Shown: one piece after another, positions 16,830 to 25,988 of the stretch
How the letters are laid out: each line of letters starts with the position of its first letter
Numbering within the stretch: position 1 is the first letter of the stretch
IMG/VR virus record: IMGVR_UViG_3300017700_000511
Location: 1-40,073 of that record
Length of the DNA: 40,073 nt
DNA from: a virus
Taxonomy: Duplodnaviria; Caudoviricetes
Strand: one strand, 5' to 3'
Position numbers and translations under genes: made by a program
Notes under the pieces: model-generated
Seen by the model: the letters and a program-made list of their open reading frames with translations, nothing else
Databases searched by the model: none
Told to the model about the DNA's origin: nothing

Positions 16830-19042
16830 TGCTGTACCTCATTGGCTATCTCATTCGTCGCGGTCGACGTGGCTGCATCGGTGAGCTTGGATTTGCTGCT
16901 GATGTTTGCGGTCTCGATGCGAACGGACGCTTCAAGCTCTTTCTCCCAGCGCTTGAACTCCATCTCGCGCTGGTGCCTGATGTCGTCGTACTGCATTTGC
17001 TGCTGAGCCAATTGGGCCTCGCCCTGCTGCTCCAATGCCTTCTGGCGCGCCTCCCATTCCTGGCGGTTTTGATCTACCCGGGCCTGCAAGCTGCGATCTT
17101 CCTGCGCCTGCTCGCGCTTCTGGATGCTTTCGGCCTGAAACTTCTGGGCGCCAGCCTGCAATTTCATTTGTTCAATCTGAATGGCTGGGTCCGGCGGAGC
17201 CTGTGGCGGCTGAACCTTCTGGCCCTTGGGGTCTTGGAAGAAATCGCCAACATTCTTGAAGCCGGCGTTCTCTACCAGTTTGGCCTGGGTGTGGTAAATC
17301 GCATCCGGGCTGATCAATAACTGGCCGTAAGGCGTCTGTGACAGGCCCATTTGGTTCTGGAAGATGGCCTGCAGCGCGCCCTGCTGCTGCATCTTGTCGC
17401 CAGTGCCAAGTCCCACATTGATCGTCATGTCGTAACCGTCGCGCCATTCGTTTGGGTCGTACTCAACGAACTCATTGCGCAGACGGAAGGCTATCTTCTC
17501 CATCTCGCCATCGGTCAGCAGCTTGAAAATGCCCTGAAAAATCGGCTTGAGCAAGGTTTCAGCGAAGATGCGGGCAATCAACTCAATGCGAGCCTGGGCG
17601 GCGTTGGCCGTCTGCTGCACTTCGACCGCAGTTCGGTCATTGCGCAGTGTGTTGGTGTCCAAACCCTGCTGGGCACGCGAAACGCCGGTCCGGCGCTCGC
17701 CCATGGTGTCCACGTAATCCAGCAACGGCAGCATCTGGCCGCCGACGAAAGGCGTGATGTTCTGCGCCAGGGCATTTTCCCGGCTCTTTCGGATCAAGCC
17801 ACCAGGCCGGCTGTCCAGTAAATCATCAATGTTGGCATAGGGTGCGCCATTGGCATCGGTCAAGACCTCGGTGCGCGGACTGTTGGCCAAATAAGCGCTA
17901 TTCAGCATCTGCCGCGTCAGCTCGGTCTTGAGTTGTTGCAGGTCGCTTACCGTTTCGGCAATACTCATGCCGTCCCAGCGATGCGCAACCAAAATTGGTG
18001 AAGCGGTGGCGATGGGAACCTGGGCGCATTCCTCATTGCTGAGAATCTTGTCCTTGAGTCGATAGATACAGCGGCGCTCACTGATGCCGTCGCCGTCATA
18101 GTCAACCAGCACGTACTCAAGCCGCAGATAACCCTCTGTGCGGCTCTCGTCGTCGGTATTGAACAAGGTGTTGTCGGCGGTCACATCGGCAGAGTTGGCC
18201 CGGTTCTGGCGGAACGATGCATCCGCACTGAATGCCGCATCGTTTGAGCCCTGCAACTCGGATGCGGTCACATCCTTGAACCCCATTTCATGCACATCAG
18301 ACAGCGACACGCGAAGGTTGCGCGCCACATAGGGGCACTCATCCAGCAGCGGGCTTGTCCAGTCGCGCTTGATCAACAAGTCCTCGGGCGGGAACGCCTC
18401 GATCTTGATCTTGGTCTTTTCTTTGTAGCTGACGATGCGCGCGTTATAGAGCTGAGGCCCCATCGCTGGCTGACCCGTCAGCATGTCCAGCATAGGACCT
18501 TGCGGTCCCATCATTGGTTGAGTCGGAAGTGGGGTCGCGCCTTCTATCTCAGCATCTTCACCAGCCTCCTGCATCAGCATGGCCAGCATCTCGGCGGTTG
18601 CACCCTGGGCCGGCGTAACTTCCTTGGTGCGCTTGGTTTCCTTGCGCCACATCACCGCGCAGTTTTTCACCAACAAAGCGTCTTTGAATGCCGTGTAAAG
18701 CGCCAGAAAACCATTATTCTGTTTGTAAAAAACGTAGTTGCAGGTATCGGTGGCCTGCTCCGCGCCCTTGACATCCTCGGCCTTGGTCGGCTCAAAGCTG
18801 ACGGCTTGATCGGTGCTCGTGAAGATTTTCAGCAGCGACGGGAGAATCCATTCAACAGTGTCCTGCACCTCGGATGTGACGATGCTCGACCAGCCCTCTT
18901 GCTCGGTGCCGTAGGGCTGACGGAAGTATTCCTTCATCGCCCGCTCGCGCTCTTGGCCAAGCTGCCCCCATGTGAAGGCGGCCGAATCCTGCTCCAGTGC
19001 CTGCAATTGGCTCAGCAGGGTTTCGTCATCCATCTTCTTCAT
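16826..19042 (-). CDS. Portal protein (P22-like, with C-terminal coiled-coil barrel)
   Basis: 738 aa after terL; VQDTVEWILPSLLKIF, DALLVKN and INVGLGTG motifs. Confidence 0.9.
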   Translation of the reverse strand: MKKMDDETLLSQLQALEQDSAAFTWGQLGQERERAMKEYFRQPYGTEQEGWSSIVTSEVQDTVEWILPSLLKIFTSTDQAVSFEPTKAEDVKGAEQATDTCNYVFYKQNNGFLALYTAFKDALLVKNCAVMWRKETKRTKEVTPAQGATAEMLAMLMQEAGEDAEIEGATPLPTQPMMGPQGPMLDMLTGQPAMGPQLYNARIVSYKEKTKIKIEAFPPEDLLIKRDWTSPLLDECPYVARNLRVSLSDVHEMGFKDVTASELQGSNDAAFSADASFRQNRANSADVTADNTLFNTDDESRTEGYLRLEYVLVDYDGDGISERRCIYRLKDKILSNEECAQVPIATASPILVAHRWDGMSIAETVSDLQQLKTELTRQMLNSAYLANSPRTEVLTDANGAPYANIDDLLDSRPGGLIRKSRENALAQNITPFVGGQMLPLLDYVDTMGERRTGVSRAQQGLDTNTLRNDRTAVEVQQTANAAQARIELIARIFAETLLKPIFQGIFKLLTDGEMEKIAFRLRNEFVEYDPNEWRDGYDMTINVGLGTGDKMQQQGALQAIFQNQMGLSQTPYGQLLISPDAIYHTQAKLVENAGFKNVGDFFQDPKGQKVQPPQAPPDPAIQIEQMKLQAGAQKFQAESIQKREQAQEDRSLQARVDQNRQEWEARQKALEQQGEAQLAQQQMQYDDIRHQREMEFKRWEKELEASVRIETANISSKSKLTDAATSTATNEIANEVQQ

Positions 19043-20358
19043 GCAAGATACCTTTTTTTGTATTCAATCGGCTTGGCTGCCAAGGTGGCACCGCCAATCG
19101 CCTCGGCCACAATGGCCATCAAGCCGAACGAGTCCGAGCCATGGCTCGACCAATCATGCTCAGGCCCAAGCCCAATATCCCGAACCGCGTCTTTTTTCTC
19201 GTGATACCAGCCGATAGCCTCAAGCCCGGCATCGCATCCGTCGGCATCTATCCACATTGACGGGAACATTCGTTGGCCAGAGCGGACGCGCGCCATTGCC
19301 GCCCCTTTGCCCTGGTTCGCCACAACTTCAACGGCGTATCCAGCGTCTTCAAATGACTTGCGGTACGAGGTATCAATCACCTTGTCTTGCGCATCGCCGT
19401 CATGCGGCAGCCAGATAGTTGTATTCGCACCGATAAAGCTGTTTTCGCGCAGCCACTGCATGTGGCTTGCGGCCGGCTGACCCACCGCCTCGTAATACTT
19501 GAGAACCCGGATTTCCTTGCCGATGAATTGAGCTACCCAGATCGTGAAGGCATCGGCTCGCTGACCTGTTCCACCAATGTCGCAAAAGGCCCGGTAAGTC
19601 ATGAGCGGGTCTGCGCCCACTCGGCCTATCCGTCCTTGAGCCTTCGCAAGGGTAATGCTCTTGGCGTAGTAAGCGCCCTCAACCACACCGACGTAATCAC
19701 CTTCCCAGATGTGCTCGTATTGATCTGGCCGCTCGATCATGTCGCGCTGCCTGTCACGCTCCAGCTTCGCCGGAAACTTCGGGTTATCGCGCCAATTGAG
19801 TTGAACGACCTTGATGAGTGGGTCAGTCGCAAAACGGAATCGCTTCTCCACCGCTGCTTTTTTGCGCTTCGGGTTCCAAGTCACCCATAGCTCGGCGTTC
19901 CAATCCTCACCCTCTTCTCGGAGCGTGGGGATTAGCGTACTCCAGGCCTCATCAGTGACTGGCTCGGCCTCATCGACCCAGCAAATCAGGATGCGCCCCT
20001 TACTCTTGACGCTGGCGATATTCCGGTCTAGGCCAACAAAAGCGAATTCAATCTTCCCGCATCGGCTGCGGATGTAGTTCTGGCCGATGTCGTACCATGC
20101 CTTCAAGACTGGCTCAGCCTCGATGGCTCGCTTCACCTCTTCCAAACTGGAGTCAGCCAGCGAATTCATGAACTGCCGCCCACAAAGCAATATACCCTTG
20201 ATGCCGGCGCTGCCGTAGATGTAGCCGCGCACCGCTATCATGCTGGCAAAGCTGCGCGTCTTCGCTGACCCTCGCCCACCCTCTGCACCCCTTACGTCAG
20301 CCGGCCCATCAAAGACAGGAATCAGCTTTTCAGGGAGCTCAATCTGTAGGGTTGCCAC
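19039..20358 (-). CDS. terL: Terminase large subunit
   Basis: GGRGSAKT Walker A, WVDEAE Walker B, HDWSSHGSD nuclease motif. Confidence 0.95.
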   Translation of the reverse strand: MATLQIELPEKLIPVFDGPADVRGAEGGRGSAKTRSFASMIAVRGYIYGSAGIKGILLCGRQFMNSLADSSLEEVKRAIEAEPVLKAWYDIGQNYIRSRCGKIEFAFVGLDRNIASVKSKGRILICWVDEAEPVTDEAWSTLIPTLREEGEDWNAELWVTWNPKRKKAAVEKRFRFATDPLIKVVQLNWRDNPKFPAKLERDRQRDMIERPDQYEHIWEGDYVGVVEGAYYAKSITLAKAQGRIGRVGADPLMTYRAFCDIGGTGQRADAFTIWVAQFIGKEIRVLKYYEAVGQPAASHMQWLRENSFIGANTTIWLPHDGDAQDKVIDTSYRKSFEDAGYAVEVVANQGKGAAMARVRSGQRMFPSMWIDADGCDAGLEAIGWYHEKKDAVRDIGLGPEHDWSSHGSDSFGLMAIVAEAIGGATLAAKPIEYKKRYLA

Positions 20359-20665
20359 GCATCGCCACTAGTTCAATCCGAGTCACCGACTCAATCGGCG
20401 CGCCATCCTTGCCCGATACCTCGACACTGGAAAGTTTGGCATGCACATAAGGCGCAGCAGCCTGGGCGGCGGCAAGCCTGTCCCGTGGCGTCTCGTCGCC
20501 CGACCGCATCACATCCAGCATGTATTGCAGCGGCGTGATACCAGATTCCTCAACAGCCTTTTGCAGCGCAGCATTTTTTTTGCTGGCGATCCCAGGCTTT
20601 CGACCGGCACCAGGCCGCGCACCACCTTTGATTCCGGTTGAATTCTTTGATTTTTTTTCAATCAT
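20339..20665 (-). CDS. terS: Terminase small subunit (start uncertain: 20665 or 20716)
   Basis: GGARPGAGRKPG, TPLQYML, AAAPYVHAKL and VSGKDGAPI motifs; upstream of terL. Confidence 0.8.
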   Translation of the reverse strand: MIEKKSKNSTGIKGGARPGAGRKPGIASKKNAALQKAVEESGITPLQYMLDVMRSGDETPRDRLAAAQAAAPYVHAKLSSVEVSGKDGAPIESVTRIELVAMRGNPTD

Positions 20666-20862
20666 CTTTGATTCTTTCGGGGCCTTTCGGCTTATCCGGT
20701 CATTAAAGTCACTCATCGGACTTAGCCTTGCGGCCTGAGTGATGCCGTTCGCGGTCACCTGTTTGGGCGATTACTGCTTTGCGCCAGGTCGTACCAGCCA
20801 TTTACCCGTGGCCGGCCTACACAGGTTGTAGGGAATGATCGGGGTGAATTGGATTTTCTGGA

Positions 20863-21159
20863 TTAGCGACTGAATACCCGCCATTCTTCTTGATAGAGCT
20901 CTTGCTGCTTTGCGCAAAACTCAGTCGCCTCTTGTTTGGTCTGAAAGTACGTCGCCTTCGTATCAATGACGAACTTTTGACAGACTGCGACATATTCACG
21001 GAGCCTAAACCTCTCATCCAACGCATCTCGCGCCTTCTCGGCGCATATTTCGCTGTCGAACTCCCCGATAACCGAAGAGCTCGCTTGGATGCCGGCGTTG
21101 TCGTATTCGGTGACGACATAACGGACAACAGGGCGCACCTTGTATTCACATGGGTTCAT
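20863..21159 (-). CDS. Hypothetical protein
   Basis: ORF with GAAAG RBS between late promoter and terS. Confidence 0.55.
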   Translation of the reverse strand: MNPCEYKVRPVVRYVVTEYDNAGIQASSSVIGEFDSEICAEKARDALDERFRLREYVAVCQKFVIDTKATYFQTKQEATEFCAKQQELYQEEWRVFSR

Positions 21160-21254
21160 GGCTGTCTTTCTGACCCCTCAGGGTCTTAGTTGGGAAATAA
21201 GAGCGGGCGCTATTGCTTTGGGAACTAGTCCGGTCAGTTTGTTCAATAGGCCCG

Positions 21255-21293
21255 CAAAACAGAAAAGCCGCATGACGTTTCCGTTAGCGGCTT
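21255..21293 (-). terminator. tR'-like terminator in late leader
   Basis: AAGCCGC...GCGGCTTTTCTGTTTT. Confidence 0.65.
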
Positions 21294-21372
21294 GAATTTG
21301 AAGGCACCTCACCATTCGAAGGCGCCCATTTCTTTTGTTCTGCCCGAATCGGGCAATTTATCTGGTGATGTA

Positions 21373-21402
21373 ATTCTAGCGCATGAATTTACACAAATGC
21401 AA
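21373..21402 (-). promoter_or_regulatory. pR'-like late promoter
   Basis: TTGCAT-18 bp-TAGAAT immediately after the Q-like gene. Confidence 0.7.
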
Positions 21403-21410
21403 GGATATTT

Positions 21411-21926
21411 TTACAAATTCAGCGTAGGGGCTATCTTTTTCATGGCAATGAGCCCGGCATTAATCTGGCTTCGCTCAACCTCTGATGATAGCCATCTGGC
21501 AATCTCTCGCCATTCTTGGCGGAATTGAGTTTCAAAAATGATCTTCCTTGTCCCTTTGCATACCGGACAATCATCACCCAAAGATGGTGTTCCTGGGATA
21601 ATTCGTCCGCCAGTTCCTCCGCACGGGTCGCACCGGCCATTTCTAAACCAAGCCAACACAGCTTTGGATATGTCAACTGCTTGAAGACGTGTCAGCCTGC
21701 CGCCTTTGATGCTGTGAGACCGGATGAAAGCAGCCTCAGCCATAACCGCGACAACATCACTGTCGCCACCACCTCCAAGCATGCGCGCCAAGGCCACGCC
21801 CATTGGCTCATACCTAGCGGCAAGACCAGCCGCGCCGATGACATCAAGGTCAGAATATGTTGTGGTTACGTCCGGGTTGAGGTTTGATGTGTGAATGGCC
21901 GTGTTGTAGCGCTCTAGTATTTTCAT
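21411..21926 (-). CDS. Q-like late antiterminator
   Basis: CxxCxGxG...CxxCxG zinc finger; followed by promoter and terminator. Confidence 0.75.
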   Translation of the reverse strand: MKILERYNTAIHTSNLNPDVTTTYSDLDVIGAAGLAARYEPMGVALARMLGGGGDSDVVAVMAEAAFIRSHSIKGGRLTRLQAVDISKAVLAWFRNGRCDPCGGTGGRIIPGTPSLGDDCPVCKGTRKIIFETQFRQEWREIARWLSSEVERSQINAGLIAMKKIAPTLNL

Positions 21927-22357
21927 GCAGCCCCTTTGCGCTGGGCATAATCCCAGATTGATTTAGGCTGACCGCTTATGGCCACCTGGGTGATGGTCTG
22001 TCGGTCTGGGTGGGGTAGATCAGCCGTAGCCCGCTGCCGCGCCCGGAACTCGCGGGATTTCTCTATGGCCTTAGCTCGCAGTACATCGAGGTCCTGGCGC
22101 GGCTTTAATGGGACGGCCCCTGTGATTGGCGTAATCCTCTCGCGCCACCCATTGACAGTCTTGTACTGGTGCGGCCTTGCCGTGCGATCCACGGTCAGGA
22201 ACCCATGGGATACTCCGCGCGACAGGTATTTCAGGACGTTAGTCATTTCAATTCCCATCTCCGGCATGACCTCGGGCGAACCGCAAACGCCGTGCTTTTC
22301 GACAATGCTGCATACTTCTATGATCCTGGCACCTATGATTTTTGGCGTGCGGGTCAT
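21923..22357 (-). CDS. Hypothetical protein (possible winged HTH)
   Basis: Coupled ORF; NVLKYLSRGVSHGFL helix-wing-like segment. Confidence 0.6.
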   Translation of the reverse strand: MTRTPKIIGARIIEVCSIVEKHGVCGSPEVMPEMGIEMTNVLKYLSRGVSHGFLTVDRTARPHQYKTVNGWRERITPITGAVPLKPRQDLDVLRAKAIEKSREFRARQRATADLPHPDRQTITQVAISGQPKSIWDYAQRKGAA

Positions 22358-22358
22358 G

Positions 22359-22691
22359 TCAGTACTTCCTATCCACCAAAGCCGCGTCAAGAACTTTCTT
22401 CAGCCAATCCACATCAGATTCATGGATGTAGTCGCTATTCTTTTTAATCCGGTGCAACTGGACCACTAGAGCTGGGCTAGCACCCGGGATCAGTTTTACC
22501 GACTTTGTGGGGTCATAACTTCTCGGCGTCGAGCTTGTCAGCCAGCTATGCAGCTTTTCAATCGCAAATCTCAGCAGCCCGTAAATCGATCCTATAACGG
22601 CAATTTTGTAGACCAGATACCCGACCAGTACCCAGACGGCAAGCGTCGGGAGGTTTGCGACCATCTCGATTAAAAGCTTCAATTCGTCCAT
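22359..22691 (-). CDS. Hypothetical membrane protein
   Basis: GAGG RBS; TM segment. Confidence 0.7.
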   Translation of the reverse strand: MDELKLLIEMVANLPTLAVWVLVGYLVYKIAVIGSIYGLLRFAIEKLHSWLTSSTPRSYDPTKSVKLIPGASPALVVQLHRIKKNSDYIHESDVDWLKKVLDAALVDRKY

Positions 22692-22694
22692 GAT

Positions 22695-22913
22695 TTATTT
22701 CCTCGATCCGGTGGCCAAAATCACACAAACAGCATCTGTTTGTCTTGATCCATTTATTGCACAATAGGCCTCCAGTGGGTTGGCCCCTTGCTGCACAAGC
22801 ACTTCAATTTTGTTCGTGGTGTTGATTTGATAGCCGGCCACACCAAGAACAATAGACATAAAGCACGCGCCGACAATGGCCCAGATTGCTAGCCAAAACT
22901 TATTTTCATCCAT
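22695..22913 (-). CDS. Small membrane protein
   Basis: AAGGA RBS; N-terminal TM; GANPLEAYCA motif. Confidence 0.7.
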   Translation of the reverse strand: MDENKFWLAIWAIVGACFMSIVLGVAGYQINTTNKIEVLVQQGANPLEAYCAINGSRQTDAVCVILATGSRK

Positions 22914-22964
22914 GATTTATCCTTCTTTGTTGTGCGCCCTGTGAAGTGCGGGCGCGGTTAGTGG

Positions 22965-23300
22965 TTATCTGGTGGCACGGTCTTGTCCGCGATTGCTAGC
23001 CTCTTGACTGCGCCAAATGTCAACGCGGATCTGGGCTGCTGTCAGGCTCCATTTCAGCGTCTCCTCGATCTCGATGGCTTCTTTCAGTCCAGTCAAAAGC
23101 ACTTGATAGTCCGGGTGCGCATAGGCGTATTGCTCGCGGGCATTGACGGCCTTCTCGGTGCATTCACCCATCAGCATGGCTTTTTTAGACTTACGGAATT
23201 CCTCCAAATAAACCCGCTGAGCCTTGGCGGCCGAAAACTTCCCAGCGTTTGCCAGGATGAAATCAACGGCCTTGTTCGGGTCTATTGGCTTGGCGCTCAC
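22965..23300 (-). CDS. Phage coiled-coil hypothetical protein
   Basis: GTG start overlapping upstream stop; EQYAYAHPDY...DIWRSQEAS. Confidence 0.75.
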   Translation of the reverse strand: MSAKPIDPNKAVDFILANAGKFSAAKAQRVYLEEFRKSKKAMLMGECTEKAVNAREQYAYAHPDYQVLLTGLKEAIEIEETLKWSLTAAQIRVDIWRSQEASNRGQDRATR

Positions 23301-23446
23301 TTCTTCCCCTTCGCGCGCGCATCCATCAACTCGTTCAGAATCCGCTTGAGCCAGCGAACACCGCCGATCTCGATGTAGAAATCTCGCATGGCTTGGCTGG
23401 ATGGGCGCCAGCTTACCGGCTTTGGCCTTGTTATTTTCGGCTTCAC
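23297..23446 (-). CDS. 49-aa RHH-like DNA-binding protein (not in ORF track)
   Basis: GTGA overlaps at both ends; MKPKITRPKPVSWRPSSQAMRDFYIEIGGVRWLKRILNELMDARAKGKK. Confidence 0.6.
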   Translation of the reverse strand: MKPKITRPKPVSWRPSSQAMRDFYIEIGGVRWLKRILNELMDARAKGKK

Positions 23447-24225
23447 TTCGCTTCAATCATTTCTCGCACCAGGTTTAATGCACTGGCTTGCAGCCATTCG
23501 GTAGTCGGCTTTAGTGCGGCCCCTGCGGCGGCCCATGCGGCGTCCCGTGCGGCGTCCCGTGCGGCGGCCCCTGCGGCGGCCCGTGCGGCGGCCCATGCGG
23601 CGTCCCGTGCGGCGGCCCCTGCGGCGTCCCCTGCGGCGGCCCATGCGGCGGCCCCTGCGGCGGCCCCTGCGGCGGCCCGTGCGGCGGCCCATGCGGCGTC
23701 CCGTGCGGCGGCCCCTACGGCGGCCCATGCGGCGGCCCCTGCGGCGGCCCCTGCGGCGGCCCATGCGGCGGCCCGTGCGGCGTCCCCTGCGGCCTTGACT
23801 TTAATGCCAGCCGCTACCGCGCCGGCCATATCGGCGATGTCATTAAGTTCCCGCAGAGATTTCGCTTGCTCGTGGAGCGCTGGGACTATATCCAACCACT
23901 TCGGCGTAAACACGCGAATCATCCAGTCCAGTGCCATATAGCTACGGCGCTCTTCAACAGCCCTACTGCTGCGAGTCCCGACGATCAGCGGGATCAATGG
24001 CTTAAGCAATCGGTCACGCTCGGCATCACTTGAAAGCGAGTCATTCCACGACACAAGAAAGGCGGTTATGACAGGGCAGGCGCATTGTGGCGCATCACTC
24101 CAAGCCTCACCAGCAACATAGGCGACCGCTTCCATCACGCACATCTCGCCATCAGTCGGCGCATGACCGCCTTTTTTCAGGCTGGCGATGCTTGCTAATT
24201 TATCTTGATCTATTGCTGCGGTCAT
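23443..24225 (-). CDS. Ala-repeat protein with N-terminal Cys-motif domain
   Basis: AAGGA RBS; own promoter; MCVMEAVAYVAGEAWSDAPQCACP then 23 x AA[G/W/R][A/D]. Confidence 0.85.
   Translation of the reverse strand: MTAAIDQDKLASIASLKKGGHAPTDGEMCVMEAVAYVAGEAWSDAPQCACPVITAFLVSWNDSLSSDAERDRLLKPLIPLIVGTRSSRAVEERRSYMALDWMIRVFTPKWLDIVPALHEQAKSLRELNDIADMAGAVAAGIKVKAAGDAARAAAWAAAGAAAGAAAWAAVGAAARDAAWAAARAAAGAAAGAAAWAAAGDAAGAAARDAAWAAARAAAGAAARDAARDAAWAAAGAALKPTTEWLQASALNLVREMIEAK
23518..23793 (-). repeat. In-frame 12-bp tandem repeat x23 (GCC GCA NGG GMC)
   Basis: Read directly from the sequence. Confidence 0.95.
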
Positions 24226-24254
24226 TTCTATCCTTGGTGATGTTGATGAATTGA

Positions 24255-24283
24255 ATTATGTAGCGCGAATCCAAGCTTTGCAA
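24255..24283 (-). promoter_or_regulatory. Sigma70-type promoter for the Ala-repeat cassette
   Basis: TTGCAA-17 bp-CATAAT with AT-rich upstream sequence. Confidence 0.7.
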
Positions 24284-24312
24284 GCGCCAATGCTCAGTTT
24301 TTGAGATTTATT

Positions 24313-24456
24313 TCACGCGTTCACCCAAAGCCAGTTAGCGTAGGCTGATATGGGGCTTCTACCGCGCGCAATACGAGTCCTGGCCTGGCAGCAAACCCAC
24401 CCCCATCGCGGGGATAGAAAAATGTGAGGTTTGCTAATTGAAACGGTACGGGTCAT
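24313..24456 (-). CDS. 47-aa hypothetical protein (not in ORF track)
   Basis: ATGA overlap with ninG stop; KPHI...GRSPISAYANW. Confidence 0.5.
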   Translation of the reverse strand: MTRTVSISKPHIFLSPRWGWVCCQARTRIARGRSPISAYANWLWVNA

Positions 24457-25025
24457 GAGTTTTCCCTTTGAAGTTCTCTGGCCTTTGCTGAGTAGGTCTG
24501 CTTGATTGATTTCAGGTCGTCAATGGAATAGTGGCGCGTAGGATGTTGGCCCTCCAGCCAATCCAGCTTCTCTGGCCCTATTTTTGACAGCAGCGCCTTG
24601 CGGAACAAAACAGCGTTTCCGCTCAGATGTAGGTTACAGGGTGAGCATTGCAGCCACACATTCAAGGGTTCATAGCGCAATTCTGGCCGGGCCCCTACGC
24701 TCATGTAGTGCCCTGCATGGTTCTGGCCCTGGTGATGCCGTCCACAGGATATGCAAGCATTCCCGGTATCCCGGGCCCGTACCCATGCGTTAAACGAGGT
24801 CTGCGCCTCCCGGGCCCAGTCGCTTCGGCTCTTGAGCTTCTCGCGCTTCACCTTGTCCGTCTTTCGCTCGTCGGCCTTCGCTTTCTTCTCGCGCTTCTCC
24901 CGGTCCTCTCTGGCCAGCGTCAGGCCGCATAGGGGGGAGCATGCGCGCGCGGTCGATGAGAACGGCGTGAAGCTGGTCTTGCAGCAGCGGCAGGTCTTTT
25001 GCTTGATGGGCTTTAGCTGGTTCAT
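24453..25025 (-). CDS. ninG: NinG/Rap-like recombination endonuclease
   Basis: FNAWVRARD, CISCG, AGHYMSVGA, QCSPCNLHLSGN motifs. Confidence 0.92.
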   Translation of the reverse strand: MNQLKPIKQKTCRCCKTSFTPFSSTARACSPLCGLTLAREDREKREKKAKADERKTDKVKREKLKSRSDWAREAQTSFNAWVRARDTGNACISCGRHHQGQNHAGHYMSVGARPELRYEPLNVWLQCSPCNLHLSGNAVLFRKALLSKIGPEKLDWLEGQHPTRHYSIDDLKSIKQTYSAKARELQRENS

Positions 25026-25240
25026 GCTTGGGCTTCCACCCACTTCACCCATTGCGCCTTGGTCCATCGGAATTGATGGCGGGGGTGAAATAGCATCGAC
25101 TCATAGGAAGGGAGTGCATCGTAATCGGTATACGATAAATGCTTGTCATAGAGAAACGCAACGCCAACAAGGTACACGGAAAGATTCCGAATGATGCCAA
25201 AGAAAATGGCCAATGAAATTACTGCAAAAAACCATGTCAT
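25022..25240 (-). CDS. Small membrane protein
   Basis: GGAG RBS; TM; LPSYESMLF motif. Confidence 0.65.
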   Translation of the reverse strand: MTWFFAVISLAIFFGIIRNLSVYLVGVAFLYDKHLSYTDYDALPSYESMLFHPRHQFRWTKAQWVKWVEAQA

Positions 25241-25277
25241 TTGATCTCTCCTAGGTTGTTTTTCAAAGTCCCCACGC

Positions 25278-25502
25278 TCAACTCCCAATCTTTGGTCGTT
25301 CTCTCAATGACCCGTGACGCGACAGCCAGGTAATGCGGGCAGTGGTGATTGCCTCTGGCGCCGGCTGGTGCTTGGCGCAGGTTTGCTCCGACGCGAGGAA
25401 TGTCCAGCGCGGTCCGTGTGCGCAGGCTGCGAAGCCCTGGCGCGCCATCTGGCCGGCATCCTTTAGGCGCCAGTGCTGGCATGATGTGCATTTGTCGGTC
25501 AT
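25278..25502 (-). CDS. Small Cys-motif protein
   Basis: CTSCQHW...C...C; GGAGG RBS. Confidence 0.65.
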   Translation of the reverse strand: MTDKCTSCQHWRLKDAGQMARQGFAACAHGPRWTFLASEQTCAKHQPAPEAITTARITWLSRHGSLRERPKIGS

Positions 25503-25988
25503 TCATGCCGCCTCCTTTTTCCCGATATGAACCCATTCGCGCGGCCCGGTGTTGCGTTTGATACGGTGCCTGGTGCAAATGTCATCAAGGAATTCGCGCG
25601 CCTCGCTTTTTTCGTTGGTTTCCTCATTGAACTCAGTACGGCACAACCAGCCAGGCGCACGATAAATGGTCCAGCCCTGGGCGGCTAGGCGCGAATCCCG
25701 CTCATTGTCTTTTTCCTGGTCGCGGTGGAATTCAACTCCATCGCACTCAATCACCACTTTAGCGACAGGATTGGCGAAGTCCAGAAACATGTTGTCCACG
25801 GGCCATTGCGGGTACATCACGATATTGGCCTGGCGCATATCCTGCCACAACCAATCCTCGATGTGAGTAAGCTGCATGATTCCGCAGTCCCATGCATAGG
25901 CGTCAATCGCCCATTCATCAGGACGACCGGCGAGTATGAGAGGACCAGCCCAGTCGTAATGCTTGCGGATCGCGTTCCAGTTGTTCAC
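25503..25988 (-). CDS. DUF559/Vsr-like endonuclease-fold protein
   Basis: PQWPV...LDFA...VIECDG..FH...D.ERD..L...GW motif. Confidence 0.85.
   Translation of the reverse strand: MNNWNAIRKHYDWAGPLILAGRPDEWAIDAYAWDCGIMQLTHIEDWLWQDMRQANIVMYPQWPVDNMFLDFANPVAKVVIECDGVEFHRDQEKDNERDSRLAAQGWTIYRAPGWLCRTEFNEETNEKSEAREFLDDICTRHRIKRNTGPREWVHIGKKEAA

Noticed and set aside
20670-20760. Hammerhead/twister/pistol ribozyme
   Set aside because: Has CCGATGA and GAAA but not an intact CUGAUGA core with correct stems; no other ribozyme consensus matched by eye.
23301-23456. Long TTG-start version of ORF 22965-23456
   Set aside because: Better explained by the 49-aa ORF 23297-23446 plus a GTG start at 23300, both with GTGA overlaps.
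23518-23793. CRISPR array or DGR variable region
   Set aside because: No unique spacers, no template repeat, no reverse transcriptase, and variation is not adenine-specific.
23453-23798. Protamine-like Arg-rich ORFs (MGRRRG..., MRPLRRP...) and an antisense Ala/Pro ORF
   Set aside because: Automatic by-products of a stop-free 12-bp repeat; no RBS. The Ala frame has an RBS, a promoter and unique flanking domains.
25588-25599. 12-nt match to the C4 b1 region (AAGGAATTCGCG)
   Set aside because: Lies on the non-coding strand of a minus-strand gene and has no adjacent a-site.
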